DNA of 64,000 bases from the human T2T-CHM13v2.0 reference genome, Homo sapiens: the NCBI RefSeq assembly GCF_009914755.1, contig NC_060940.1; one strand, given 5' to 3'. The translations under genes were made by a program, and so were the position numbers. Below are positions 27,661-40,730 of this stretch, one piece after another (the stretch's first letter is position 1; each line of letters starts with the position of its first letter). Below the pieces are notes generated by a model. The model was not told the DNA's origin. It worked only from the letters and a program-made list of their open reading frames with translations, and did no database searches.

Positions 27661-28379
27661 CTGTCTGTCCTCCCTACAGCATTCCCCTCAAATGAATGTG
27701 TTGCTTATTGCTAGTTATGCTGGATTATTCTGCTCAGTTGAATAATTCATTAGGGCTTGAGTTCCAAGATATGGTGTAACTGTATCCAGCAGACTCTAGC
27801 CTTAAGCCAATATGTATATTAATGCTTTTTACTCAAGGAATATACCTGGCTCTTAGCAATCCTAACCCCACCCCCACATTTTTAACCTGACAGGAAGATT
27901 AATCTGCATGAGATGAAGGGTGATTGTCATGTCCAAACTAAAAACAAAAAAATTAAAAATAAAAAATGACAGAAATCTTCTAGAAATACCTAAACATTCC
28001 CTCTTTTGTCTTCAACACGTACTCGGTCCCCTTCTTGTGCTCCCAGGAGTCTTTTAATGCCTTTGTTTTCACAGCATCAAGATATCCTGGCAACCTAGAG
28101 TTACCGCCATGAGGTTTGGCCACCTTATCTCAAACAACTGCGTATTTTGAAATAGGTGGTGATAGCATGCTTTTCATTCCATCCAGAAAGTGTCTCTTCC
28201 ATGACCTGCCAGCACTAGTATTTCAAGACCTCTGCACTTACAAATTTAAACGGAGCCTGGAGTAATTTAAATTAATGTGTACAACATCTGTCTTGGTGAG
28301 AGGAGATGTAGAGATATTCTCCGTTTATGCCCATCTGGCTTTGTTAGAGTAGATAGGCGTATGTTTCAGGAGGAGAAAG

Positions 28380-28600
28380 AACATTTTTTATTTCTGCTAT
28401 GTTTCAGACATTATGCTAGCCATTACGCATTATCCTGCTTAATCTTTTCAGTAACGTTGGTAGATTAATATCATTATCCCTACCCTATGATAAAGATTCT
28501 GAAGATCAGAGAAGTACATCGTTTCAGTGACCAAGTCACTGTTAAATGACACAGTCTGTATTCAAAGACAGGACAGCCTGATTCCAAAACTACTTCTATG
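28380..28600 (-). mobile_element. MIR
   Basis: CATTATCCTGCTTAATCTTTTCAGTAAC...ATCATTATCCC...GAAGATCAGAGAAGT. Confidence 0.6.
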
Positions 28601-29689
28601 CCATCTTATTAGTCTCAAGGTAATACAAGTCTAATGTGTTTTTGCTTCTGATAATTATAGCAGTAACTACTTAGGGTAAATTAAAATGGAATATCCAGGA
28701 ACCCCATTATGGTGGTAAGAGTATAAAGACAAATTAGCGGCTATGGAATCTCAATCCAGGAAAGAGAGACCTGCATTGGGCTCCCATATGTTACGAGAGG
28801 TTTTGTTTTTTTGTTTTTTTTTTTTTTAATCATCAGATGTTTTGGGTGTTCCCAGCTGTGCTTGAGTGCATTTGAGAAATGGGTTTATACTCTTCTCGAT
28901 CCCCTAGTTCTTCCCAAAAGGTAGATAAGGGGACTCACATAAACAGTAACTGAAAGTCATTCTGTGTGACAATTCTGTATTCCTTGTTGTTTTAGTAAAG
29001 TTTGTCCTGAGAGCACCTTGCCTATAAATAAATACAGTGACAAATAAAATGAATGATTTTTCTGGGTTCCTTTCCTACTCTCTCTCCCCCCATGCTTTAA
29101 TGAATAATTTTAATCTACTTTGTAATTAAGACACTAGCAATAATTTTATTATTTGGTACTACTTGGGAAAAGTAATCTTTGATATGAGATACTTTGCAAA
29201 GGGAAGACCTTGTGCCCACGTCCTGCCTTAAATGCGAAGTAAAGGGGAAACCTGGATTCAAGAACTAGAGCCATTGGTAGGCCAAACCCCTATCCCACAA
29301 GCCAGGGAATGGGATCTTTTACCAGACACTCAGACATGAGGTTTGGTTTTATTTTTTATTGTTCTGAAAAGTACATTGTAAAAAAGGGAGTGTACATTTC
29401 TAAGGCACTTTTCTAAAACAACATGAAATAATACAAATATTTAGTAAGCAAGGGATGATTGCATTTTTGGAACATATATGTTTATGAGCTATGTCAATAT
29501 ATATGTTGATGTGATACCATGAAAGCTGTTTTAGATGAAATTCTGATAAACAGGGCATTATATTGCCACTTACTTGCTCTTAATTCGATTCTATTAGCAG
29601 CTCAGCTTTATTAAAATTTCTCAAATGTATTCCATGTGAAATCATTTTATTTCATATCGCTAATGTATGACTCAACGCAGCATCGCCTT

Positions 29690-29850
29690 TGAGGTGATCC
29701 AGGACTTTCATCCCCATTTCACAGATGAGCACTGGAGATAAGAACAGGTTAAGTGATTTTTGCCTGAGGTCAAACATGCTGGGAGAAAGATTAGAAGTTG
29801 GTGAGTGTTTACCACAGCTCTGTGTCTGTGATAAGTCCCTAAATTCAGAT
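29690..29850 (-). mobile_element. MIR fragment
   Basis: ATCCCCATTTCACAGATGAGCAC...GGTTAAGTGATTTTTGCCTGAGGTCA. Confidence 0.65.
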
Positions 29851-30949
29851 TTTCCAACCTCCGAGTTTTCTGGGTTAGACCTCCAGCTAACTACCAGGGG
29901 ATGTCATGTTATGTAATTAATTACAACTGTAATTATCTTGGTTTCTGGGTCATTTGAAGATCATCGGTGCTTTTTGTTTTCATGGTTCATGCAGCAGAGG
30001 AATTTTTTTTCCAAAGTACAAGTATAATTAATCCAGGTTTTAGACTCTTAAATAACCGGAAAGTTAAAACGTCAGTGCAGAAACTGAGTTCATCTTGGCT
30101 GATGTCCCTTGCAGTAGAGATGGGGAGAATTCAGAGCTGTTAAAAGTCGTGGTCATCTCTCTTGAAACATAAAACTTCCCTACCAGTGTCTGGATTTCCT
30201 AGGAGGTACCCAGTGCATAGACCCATGTTGTATGAATGACTGGCCTCATACAAGAGGTAAACATAGTATCCTTGTATGTCCCTAAGTGTCAGGTGGTTGC
30301 TTGGAAAAGCAGTGATTTCCATAGGTCCCTGTAAAGATTTCTTCAAAACTGATGGAAGGTATAAATGTTTAAAATTAGCTTTCAGTTTCCACTTCTTTTT
30401 CATGATATCTTACATGAAGGTAATCTATTGAGGAAATTACCTTTTATATCAGTTTAAATGAACTTATTTAGATAAAATACCAGTTTAAGGCATTCTTGAC
30501 TTTGTTCTATTCCATTCATGGAGATTTGCTTGACAGGAAGTGCTCTGGCATATGTCAGTGACCTCCAATGCTCCTGGAGCAGATGATACTGGGACACAGG
30601 TGGTCCGTATCACCCACGTGAGGTGGTGGCATGTATTTATGTGCTGAACCAATCGGAAGACATCTCATTCAGAAGAACCAGGCCTGTTTACCTTATTCGT
30701 ATGTCATTATAGGTGACACACAGGAAGAGTTTCTGAAGAATCATTTCATCATTAAGATATATTCAATATGACAGCTTGGCTAACACATCAATCATTTGGA
30801 AAAAAAATACTGTAGTAACAGCCTAAGGAGAATTTAAACCCTTGTGCTCTGGAATCTGTATTTGCAGGGCAGGAAAAAATGTTTTAGATTTGTCTATGGC
30901 ATTATTCTTTATCAGTATAACTTTATAGCGCTTGAATGTCTGAAAGATG

Positions 30950-31480
30950 ACTCATTCATTTATTTGTGTATTCATTAATTCATTCCACATATATTTGTAG
31001 AGAACCTATCTGGGATCTAAGAACAATTTCAGGCACCAGAGACACAGGGGTAAACAAGACGTCTAGGCCCCTGCTGTCTCAGAACTTAAATTTAGTGGGA
31101 CAGATAGGTGGTAAACAAATAAGAAGGAATTGAGAGTAACAAGCACAGTGAAGTGAAATATGCCAGGTGATGAAATAGCAAATAGGAGATTGATGCTCCC
31201 ATAGTTTGGAGACTCAGAGAAGTTTTAAGGAGGTGATGTTTTAGCTGGGACAGGAAAGAAGACAGCCAGGGAGGTATGGAGAGGAAGAGCACGGGGAACA
31301 GAATGTGCAAAGTCTCTAAAGTTAGAATAAGCTTGACATGTCTGAAGAAGAGCAAAGAGACTCCGGTGGCTAGAGGATTCTAATGGAGAAGTAGGAGGCA
31401 GAAAAGAATAATTGAGAAGTAGATCAGTCAGATGGAGGAGGACTTTGATGGGCGGCAGAGTAAGGCAGTATGAGCTTTAT
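30950..31480 (-). mobile_element. L2 3' fragment
   Basis: CATTCATTTATTTGTGTATTCATTAATTCATTCC...GGGAACAGAATGTGCAAAGTCTC...GGTGGCTAGAG. Confidence 0.75.
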
Positions 31481-33021
31481 CGTTGCTGAGCCGGAAGTTG
31501 TTATGTTATGCAGGAAGCTGCGATGAGTGTGTACACAAACCATCTCCTGATCTCGAGCCTTTTCCTCCTGAGGGCAAGGAGGATCGGGAGGCAAGGGAAA
31601 CGTAGTGGTGATGACGAAGCTTCTATCTTTCAGGGTCTACGGTTTAGGGATTGAGAGTATGTGTTTGCTAGCGAGACCTCACGAAACCAAGCCCCCTGGA
31701 GAGTCCCTGACAAGGACGAGGTGCAACAGTGTTAGCGGAATCCATTTCATCGCAGAACTGCTGTCTTCCAAGCCTTCTGAGCCGGCTGGTACTTGTGTAA
31801 CATTTCTGTCTTGGGTGATTTCCAACTGGATATGTCATTTCTACCAAGCCAGTGGCAACTCCAGCCTAGGGATGCATTTAATCTGGGACATGGTGGTGGG
31901 AGAAGCATTAGGCACATTGTTTTTCTTCCTTTTTTTTGAAGAATGCTTGGTACAAATTCAGTTTTGACCTCCCAATGTAGGCTTTTATTTCCCAGGCACT
32001 TCCTTTTTCCCTGCATCCGCCAAACCCTGGTGAGCTTTCTGCTGCTTTTCTCAATGGCTGATCTAAGTACTGCAGAACACGGACACTCTTGGGCACACTG
32101 CAAAGTCAGCCTGGCTCCTTGGCCATTCCTCTTGCAGGGCACAAAAGGACCTTCCAAAGAGGTGGGGTAGTGTATTATTAAGTGGCAATAACGAAGGACT
32201 TCTTTAGATTATCACTGTTTCACCAGAAGACACAACAGGAGAGCACACAGACCTTGAAGGAAATCCCACCACTGACATTTAGAATCTGGTGGACTGCAAG
32301 CTTAGATATCTACTCTCTAAATGCAGTTACTTTATCTATGACCTGGCAATATTAACAGTACTTATCTCATAGAAATGTAGTACTGGGTATGTTTCTGGCC
32401 AGTCATAAACATTTAATAATGGTAGCCAATGTCATCACTTGTTGTTAATAGTGGGGATAGCAGTAAACTCTCTTTCCTCTCAAGGTTAAGGGGAGTGTTT
32501 GGAAGAGAAAAAAAAGCTGAGACTGAATGACGTTTAGCTTTTTGATTTCACCATAAACTAAAGAGTTTCATTGGTAACTGTGCCCTGCCTCTTTCTGTCC
32601 AAAAGAGTATCTTATTTTTAGACTGTTTTAAAATAATAACAGTATTATCTGATGGAGGAGACAAAAATACTTCAGTAATAGCCTAATTGGAGCGAATAAG
32701 AAAATAGAACACTTGTGTGCAATGGAATACTAGAAAGCAGTGGGAATGAATGAATTGGAGCTTTATATAAGAAGAATGGCTTCTGCCATTATGACTGTGG
32801 ATAATTTACTAAAAAATTTAAAATACACTGGAGTTTTAGTACTTTCTGCTGTCCAGAAATGCATACATATGTGGTAAATATATATAGACAATAAAGAAAC
32901 TCAAAATTCAGGATATTGTCTGTTGTAGAGGTGAGGCAGAGGGCTACATCTCAGGAGGGTTTTAGACAGGGTATTTAGCCACACTGAAATTATTTCTTAA
33001 GCTGGGTAGTAACTACAGGAA

Positions 33022-33178
33022 TTCCTTCCTTCCTTCCTTTCTGCCTGCCTGCTTGCCTGCCTGCCTGCCTGCCTTCCTGCCTTCCGTCCTGCCTGCCTGC
33101 CTCCCTGCCTGCCTGCCTCCCTCCCTCCCTCCTCTTCCTTCCCTTCTTTCCTCTTTTCTCTTCCTTTTCTTTCTTTCT
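33022..33178. repeat. Compound (TTCC)/(CCTG)/(CCCT) pyrimidine-rich STR in an Alu tail
   Basis: TTCCTTCCTTCCTTCC, many CCTG units with interruptions, then CT-rich sequence joining the Alu. Confidence 0.92.
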
Positions 33179-33461
33179 AGATAGAGTCTTGCCTTTATCA
33201 CCCACCTGAGGTGCAATGGCACCATCATATCTCACCCCACAGCCTTGGCCTCCTGGGTTCAAGCACAATCCTCCTGCCTCCTTCTCCAAAGTTAGGACTA
33301 AAGGCACACACCACCAAACCTTGCTTATTTTTTAAAGAAAATTTTTAGAGAAGAGTGTCTTGCTATGTTTCCTGGGCTGGTCTGGAACTCTTGGCCTCAA
33401 GTAGTCCTCTGACCTCAGCTTCCCAAAACACTGAGACTACAGGTGTGAGCTGTGCCTGGCC
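33176..33461 (-). mobile_element. Diverged AluJ
   Basis: AGATAGAGTCTTGCC...CAGCCTTGGCCTCCTGGGTTCAAGCACAATCCTCCTGCC...GTGTGAGCTGTGCCTGGCC. Confidence 0.9.
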
Positions 33462-33559
33462 AGTATTTATGTTTTGCTGTATACCTTTTGGTATGTCTGA
33501 ACTATATCACATCATGATTTTAGAGTCAGAAATGCTCAGAGTTTAGAAAATAACCATCT

Positions 33560-33880
33560 TCACCACATAGAATCGTATAAAATAAAAAATGTTTTTTCTC
33601 CTTCCCTTTCTTCCTCCCCCATCATTTAATAATTGTTTAGTACATACCTTTGCAGATATTTTGTGCATATTAAAAATATACACATTTAGAACATATATGC
33701 TTAATATAAATGACTTTATGTCTATGACTCTGTTACCACTTAAAAATAGTGTACAGGCTTTTCAATGTTGGCACATATAAATTATGTACTTCAGTCTTAA
33801 CATCTGTCTGGTAATCATCTTTCAGTGTACTGTAATTTAAACAACCAGTTTCCCTATTGATAGACATTTGTATTTAAAAA
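33560..33880 (-). mobile_element. Ancient L1 fragment
   Basis: GTACTGTAATTTAAACAACCAGTTTCCCTATTGATAGACATTTG. Confidence 0.5.
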
Positions 33881-35086
33881 ACAAAACAAAACAAAAACCA
33901 GTTTCCAAACTCTGGTCTGCTTTCAATTCAGACGCTGGCAGCAGCTCACACCGCTGATCATCCAAATGTTTTGTCTTTGCTAGGACGATAACCCAGTCGT
34001 TTCATACAACTGTTTTCGTTTGCACCTGAATATTCCATGGCTATAGCCACAGCTAGAAATCCATTCTCTAGGGGAAAATAAGAAATGTAATAATAAACTT
34101 AAAATCCCTAATGAGAAATTCAGATTTCATAGAAGCAGGGGTCTTCTCCCTCTTGCTAACCTTCTTTTCCAAGATGTTAGTGTTTTTCAAGAATCGCAGG
34201 CTTTTTAAATGTCCTCCGTAAAGTGTAAAGGGGAAAATGGAGAGAAAGAACAGTATTTTGAATCTCCAGAGTTCTCAGTGAAAGTAGACAGGTCTATCCT
34301 AGTGTTCTTTCTTGCATGAAACACTTTCTTGGTATTTTGTCTACATGAGTGTTTAATATTTAGGTCATAGTTTGTGAATACACTGGAGATGTTATGCGTC
34401 AAACAAACCCAGTGTTCTGGCTTCACAGCAGAGTAAACAGACACAGATAGTTCTAGATGCTTGAACTTCTCCCACGTTAAACTTAAAACAGCCTCTCATC
34501 TCAGGGCTTCCATCAAAGGGATTGAGGCCGTGTCTCTCAAACCCAGGTGCAAGTGGAAATTTTTATGGGCCCTGACTTTTCTTGTTGTCCTTGTTGGCTC
34601 ATAATATTGCCTTATTGTGCAAGTAATGCATATAACTTGTGGGAAAAGGTATAGTACTATAAGTAATTAGAAAGAAAACCATATTTGAAATTTAAAATCC
34701 TTAAACACATACCTAATTCCTACTCTTCCTTTCTGAAATTCCTGTTTTCTCAATGATCTGTTAGTAAAATATATAGACTACAAAAATGGGTTCATACATC
34801 GTTCCCCCCCGCCTTTTTTTTTTATTTTATTAACAGCTTCACAGTGTTCTGTTGCATGAATATACCCTAAAAAGAGGATTTGTTTTGGCATTGGTGCCTG
34901 TTCTTTTTCAGTGTTATTCATTATTTTGGGATGTTGCTTTTATTATTTTTCATATTTTATTTTATTTGGTAGGAAAAATGCAAATGTCCCACCGTATGGA
35001 TTTGGGATTTGCAAGTCAGGAACAGTGGGCACACTTTCCCTTAATGGTTGGCGTAGGCATTTGGATACTGAATTTACTGTTTATAT

Positions 35087-35299
35087 CACGGTTTCTCCAC
35101 CTTGGCAGTGTGGACGCTGGGCTGGATCATTCTCTATGTGGGGACTGCTGAGTGCTTTGTTGGGCATTTGGTGGCATCTCTAGCCTCTCCTGACTAAATG
35201 CCAACTGTAGTTCTCCCCACACTGTGATGCCCAAAGATGTCTCTAGACTTGGCTCACTGTCCCCTGGGGGATGAAATGTTTCTCCCTTTGAGAATCCTG
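35087..35299 (-). mobile_element. MER20
   Basis: GGTTTCTCCACCTTGGCAGTGTGGAC...GGCTGGATCATTCTCT...CCAAAGATGTCTCTAGACTTGGC...TGTCCCCTGGGGG...TTGAGAATCCTG. Confidence 0.88.
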
Positions 35300-36484
35300 C
35301 TTTTACGCGATTGGATTCTTAAGTTGTCTGAAGGATGATCTTTTCTTGTAGCATTTATAAATCAGTTGGAAGTTGGTTCTGGATTACTGCCTAAAATAAA
35401 ATTCAACCTATTCTGAGAAAACAATATATTTGAGTAGGGACTAATTACCTCTTTTTTATTTCAAGTGACAAAAGCCAATATATCACACTTAGCCACTATG
35501 AAGACTCCATTTCAGTAAACTAATTAAACTAATCCTATCTGGACTCATTATTCTCAGTTCCACTAAATATTTTAACAGTTGAGATTTATCTCATTTCATA
35601 AATTATATCATACTTAAAGCTATCCACAGCCCTCAAGAGTTTATTTTGGACTTTTAAAAAATGTGACTTTAAGCTGCTCTGGAATGTATATTTTTCATAT
35701 CTTTTCTAGATAATCATTCACCTTGATTATGACTAATTATTAAACATGATATATGGCTTTAATTAAATGAAAGTACTTGGTTTCTTGTTAGCGCTTATTA
35801 AATACTGACAGTGTTACAAAGATAGTGCAGCAGAGGAAATGGCATAACTCACCGAATTGATTCCATTTTCTTGCTGTAAGCCAGTGAAGATACACATTTT
35901 AAGAGACTGATTAATGCGCAAGATGGCAAGAACAGTGTTTTTCATAGTTAAAAGGAATTAAAATCTGTGTCCATCCTGGATTCATTTTCTAACAGAGGAT
36001 AGTCACCTAATTAAAACGTTAATACACATCCCGCTATTTGTATGTACGTTCCAAAGCCAGCATACATTAAATAGAAATTTATCCCAAGTGCTTCATGGAG
36101 AAGCCAAGAGGAATAATGCCTAAGTACCACTTCAGAGTAAATTGCTCCCTACTTATAATCGTGTAATGCAATTAAATTGAGGAGCTGTAAGCTGCCTACA
36201 TCAAGTATGTTTAGTTTAGATATTTGCCTTTAGACATCTCCCTGTAAAGGGTTCCACATTGAAGAGAAAAGAAGGAACATCTAGCCAATGAGCTGTTCAT
36301 TAAACTTGACATATGGTAAGCAAGGCCAGAAAATGCCTAAAGAGTAGAGAATTTTCTTTGGTATCTAAAGAAAAAAAAATGCAATATCCAGTTGATCTTA
36401 GATTCTGATTCTAGCGGGTGTTCATGGTACAGTCTTGTTCTGTGCTTCATTCAAGAATGGGAAATTCTTGTTTATCCCGTTGTC

Positions 36485-36588
36485 CATGATGTGCTTATTT
36501 CTCATGGCATGCCTGTATCAAAACATCTCATGTATCCCATAAACATACACACCTACTACGTACCCATAAAAATTAAAAAAAAAAAAAA
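36485..36588 (+). mobile_element. Severely 5'-truncated L1 (L1MA-type) 3' end with poly(A)
   Basis: CATGCCTGTATCAAAACATCTCATGTATCCCATAAACATACACACCTACTACGTACCCATAAAAATTAAAAAAA. Confidence 0.85.
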
Positions 36589-37081
36589 CGTAAAATGCAA
36601 CAACACTAGGCACGCATTTTATAATATAACTTCTCTGCTTGGACAAAATTAGGCTCCCCAGTGGAGGCAAAAACAAAAAAAGCAGATGGCAAATATGTTA
36701 GTGACATTGTTTTAAGTGTTTGAGGTCATGGAGTCTTCACATTGAAATAATCTCTTGAATTATCTGAGTTTTAGGCTAGCCAGGGCCAAGGTGCCAGCTG
36801 AATTAATGAAACTTGGAATTCATCTTTTGAGTTCCCAGTGAACATCAGGAAATACTTTCCTGACATATTGACCTCCTTATTATCCATTTCCCATTCTCCA
36901 TGTTGAAAACCATTTCATATTTGAGAGCTGAGAATATGACACCTTCATGATAAATTTAAAAATAAGATGCAATATTATTCCAGAATTGCCTTAAGTTCCC
37001 ATTCTGTATATTAAACGCCTATTCAAAGGGTATTCAGATCCAAGTTACATCATACAAAGTATGTTAAAGTATCCCAAGTAT

Positions 37082-37437
<356 letters not shown>

Positions 37438-37479
37438 TTATATTTATGGGAGAGATATGTATGCTTATCTGTGCTTTTC

Positions 37480-37600
37480 ATATATATATGAAACATATAT
37501 GAAATATATATGAAACATATATGAAATATATATATGAATATGAAAAGCAAGGAGTGTGAAACTTATATATGAAATATATATGTATGAATATGAAAAGCAG
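37480..37600. repeat. AT-rich minisatellite (ATATATGAA[A/C]) with local duplication
   Basis: TATATGAAACATATATGAAATATATATGAAAC... and GAATATGAAAAGCA occurring twice. Confidence 0.8.
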
Positions 37601-38044
37601 GGAAAAGGGGACAGTCATTTAGTGTTGCTGCTGAAAATTTCAATATGAAAAACGAGGAATATATAGCTCAGGTGCAACAGGCACCTTTATATTTATACCA
37701 TTACAAAAACATGGCTCTCCTGGTATTTTGGTTCTTGAATTTAGGCTTGGAGCTGATATTGAAGAGCTGCTTATTGCAGTGGGTTTTCATGCCAAACATA
37801 GCTGAGTTTGAATGACATTTCTGTTACTCTGGCTACAGAATCTTGGGCAGTATCATTTATCTATCCATCTGGGCTTTATTTTTCCCATGGGGAAATAGGA
37901 GGGAGAGGGGTCATGGAGTGAACAGCTTTGCAGGCCATGCCAACTTTGGAATTAGTGGAGAGAATATAAGGTAAATAAGACCATCCTGTAATGACAACCT
38001 AGACTTAGACTTGCACGAAATAGAGATGTAAGTCAGGATGAGTC

Positions 38045-38900
38045 TCTCATTCACTCAACAAATATTTATTGAATGCCAACCCTTCTCAGCCGCTGGGTAT
38101 TCAGTGGTATAGAGTGTGAACAAAATGCTGCTGGCATAGAGCTTATATTCTAGTTGAAAGGAGGCAAACAATAAATAACTGTGTAAATTAATATATGGTT
38201 AGTGACAGGTGCAAGTCAGATAATTAAAACAGAGAGTGGTGGGGAGCTCTAGAAAGGCTCCTATGAAGAGGTAAGTTGACATTTAAGCTGAGCTCGCAAT
38301 GGCAAATCATGCCAAGGCAGAGAGAAAGAACATTCCAGGAAAATACCCTAAGAGGAGAGGACCTTGGAATTTTTGAAAGATGAACAGATCCCTGGAAAAT
38401 AGGGAGAGGGGCACCAGAGAGGTCTGAGAATTGGGCAAAGGCCAGGTCATACAGGATTTTGTTAACCACGATAATGAATATAAGTTTTATATGAATTACG
38501 GATGCAGAGATTTGCATTTCACAAAGATGACTGCTTGCCACGTGAAACATAGACCAGTGGGGCCCAGGAGAAGAAGGCAGGAGAGCAGTTAGGAAGCTGT
38601 CTGGGAGTCCAGGCAAGGGGTCATAGTGGTTTGAACTGGAAGGTGGTTCTGAAATGCAAGGTGAAGGAAATGGAAGTAGCGTTGTAGAAAATTAACAGGC
38701 AGATCTGGGAAAACCCAGTGGAGGTGAAGGGAGTGAATTAAAATGATTCCAGGATGGAGAGGTCGGGGCTTGGGTGAATGGTGCCATGGAAAGTAATGGA
38801 GGTATCTCAAATAGAAAGTAGTGAGTGGGAAGAGCAGGAGTGAGCTTGCAGAAGTTCTAGCAGAAATGTGAAAGGCCATGGTTATTTGCCAAGATGGAAG
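38045..38900 (-). mobile_element. L2 fragment
   Basis: CATTCACTCAACAAATATTTATTGAATGCC...GGAGAGCAGTTAGGAAGCTGT...GAATTAAAATGATTCCAGG. Confidence 0.8.
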
Positions 38901-39054
38901 ATAGATTAGGTGGTGGTCATCTCATTTGGGCATTGAAACTTGTTTTCAAAACCTGTACCTGGTTTTGATTTCTACACAGGGATGCAACTGGCAGATGACA
39001 TCTCAAGAGGTGGGTTTGTCATGGTGGTTATTATTGTACATGTGAGACTTTTAG

Positions 39055-39399
<345 letters not shown>

Positions 39400-39559
39400 A
39401 GCTTTTAAGGTTTTGCCACACGCTAAACAAGGCATGGTGAGGACTCTTGGGTTTGAGATCCCAACAGCCTCAGAGATATCAGATGTAGGGCAAAGCGGGT
39501 ATCTGCATCCCCCAAGTTCTTTCCTTCTCACTAAAGTGCTTGAAGTACTGGTCCTTTAT

Positions 39560-40487
39560 GATACTTTCAGTTCTGGAGTACATGTGCAGAATGTGCAGGT
39601 TTGTTACATAGCTATACATGTGCCATGGTGGTTGCTGCACCCATCACCCCGTCATCTACATTAGATATTTCTCCTAAAGCTATACCCCCCAGCCCCCACC
39701 CCCCAACAGGCCCCAGTGTGTGATGTTCCCCTCCCTGTGTCCATGTATTCTCATTGTTCAACTCCCACTTATGAGAACATGTGGCGTTTGATTTTCTGTT
39801 CTTGTGTTAGTTTGATGAGAATGATGGTTTCCACCTTCATCCATGTCCCTGCAAAGGACATGATCTCATGTTTTTTTATGGCTGCATAGTATTCCATGGT
39901 GTATATGTGCCACATTTTCTTTATTCAGTCTTTATCATTGATGGGCATTTGGGTTGGTTCCAAGTCTTTTTTATTGTGAACAGTGCCACAGTAATCATAC
40001 GTGTGCATGTATCTTTATAGTAGCATGATTTATAATCCTTTGGGTATATATCCAGTAATGGGATTGCTGGGTCTAATGGTATTTCTAGTTCTATATCCTT
40101 GAGGAATCGCCACACTGTCTTCCACAATGGTTGAACTAATTTACACTCCTACCAACAGTGTAAAAGTGTTCCTATTTCTCCACATCCTCTCCAGCATCTG
40201 TTGTTTTCTGACTTTTTAATGATCTCCATTCTGACTGCCATGAGATGTTATCTCATTGTGGTTTTGATTTGCATTTCTCTAATGACCAGTGATAAAGAGC
40301 ATTTATTCATATGTTTGTTGGCTGCATAAATGTCTTCTCTTGAGAAGTGTCTGTTCATATCCTTTGCCCACTTTTTGATGGGGTTGTTTTTTTCTTGTAA
40401 ATTTGTTTAATGTATTTGTAGATTCTGGATATTAGCCCTTTGTCAGATGAATAGATGGTAAAAATTTTGTCCCATTCTGTAGGTTGC
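39560..40487 (-). mobile_element. Primate L1PA 3' end (ORF2 C-terminus plus 3'UTR), 5'-truncated
   Basis: GTACATGTGCAGAATGTGCAGGTTTGTTACATAG...TTGAGGAATCGCCACACTGTCTTCCACAATGG. ORF-track peptides WKTVWRFLKD..LPLDPAIPLL and [24 protein letters not shown] are L1 ORF2. Confidence 0.97.
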
Positions 40488-40499
40488 TGAAACAGGCAG

Positions 40500-40730
40500 T
40501 TTTTTGAGTGCTTGCCACACACCAACCATTGTGCAAAGTACCTACCATGCATTATCTTGCTAAATTAGTATAGGATTAGTAATAAATTCTATGAGCTATG
40601 TTCTATTTTTATCCTCATTTTATAGATAAGAAAACTGAGACCCAGGTATTTGATTAATTTCACACAGCTGATAAAGAGAGGATGTGGATTCTCTAAGTCC
40701 AGAATTGAGGCCGTCAGTCACTGGATCGTA
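40500..40730 (-). mobile_element. MIR
   Basis: ATCCTCATTTTATAGATAAGAAAACTGAGACCCAG. Confidence 0.7.

Larger units (their letters stand above)
32640..33520 (+). mobile_element. Ancient L1 (L1ME-like) 3' fragment, interrupted by an AluJ and STR
   Basis: CAATGGAATACTAGAAAGCAGTGGGAATGAATGAA...TTTCTTAAGCTGGGTAGTAACTACAGG. Confidence 0.5.

Noticed and set aside
32990-33307. R/E/G/Q-rich ORF (GRQAGRQ repeats)
   Set aside because: Translation of the CAGG microsatellite plus AluJ.
39921-40552. ORFs resembling a reverse-transcriptase-family protein C-terminus
   Set aside because: Broken L1 ORF2 fragments of a 5'-truncated L1PA, not an intact gene.
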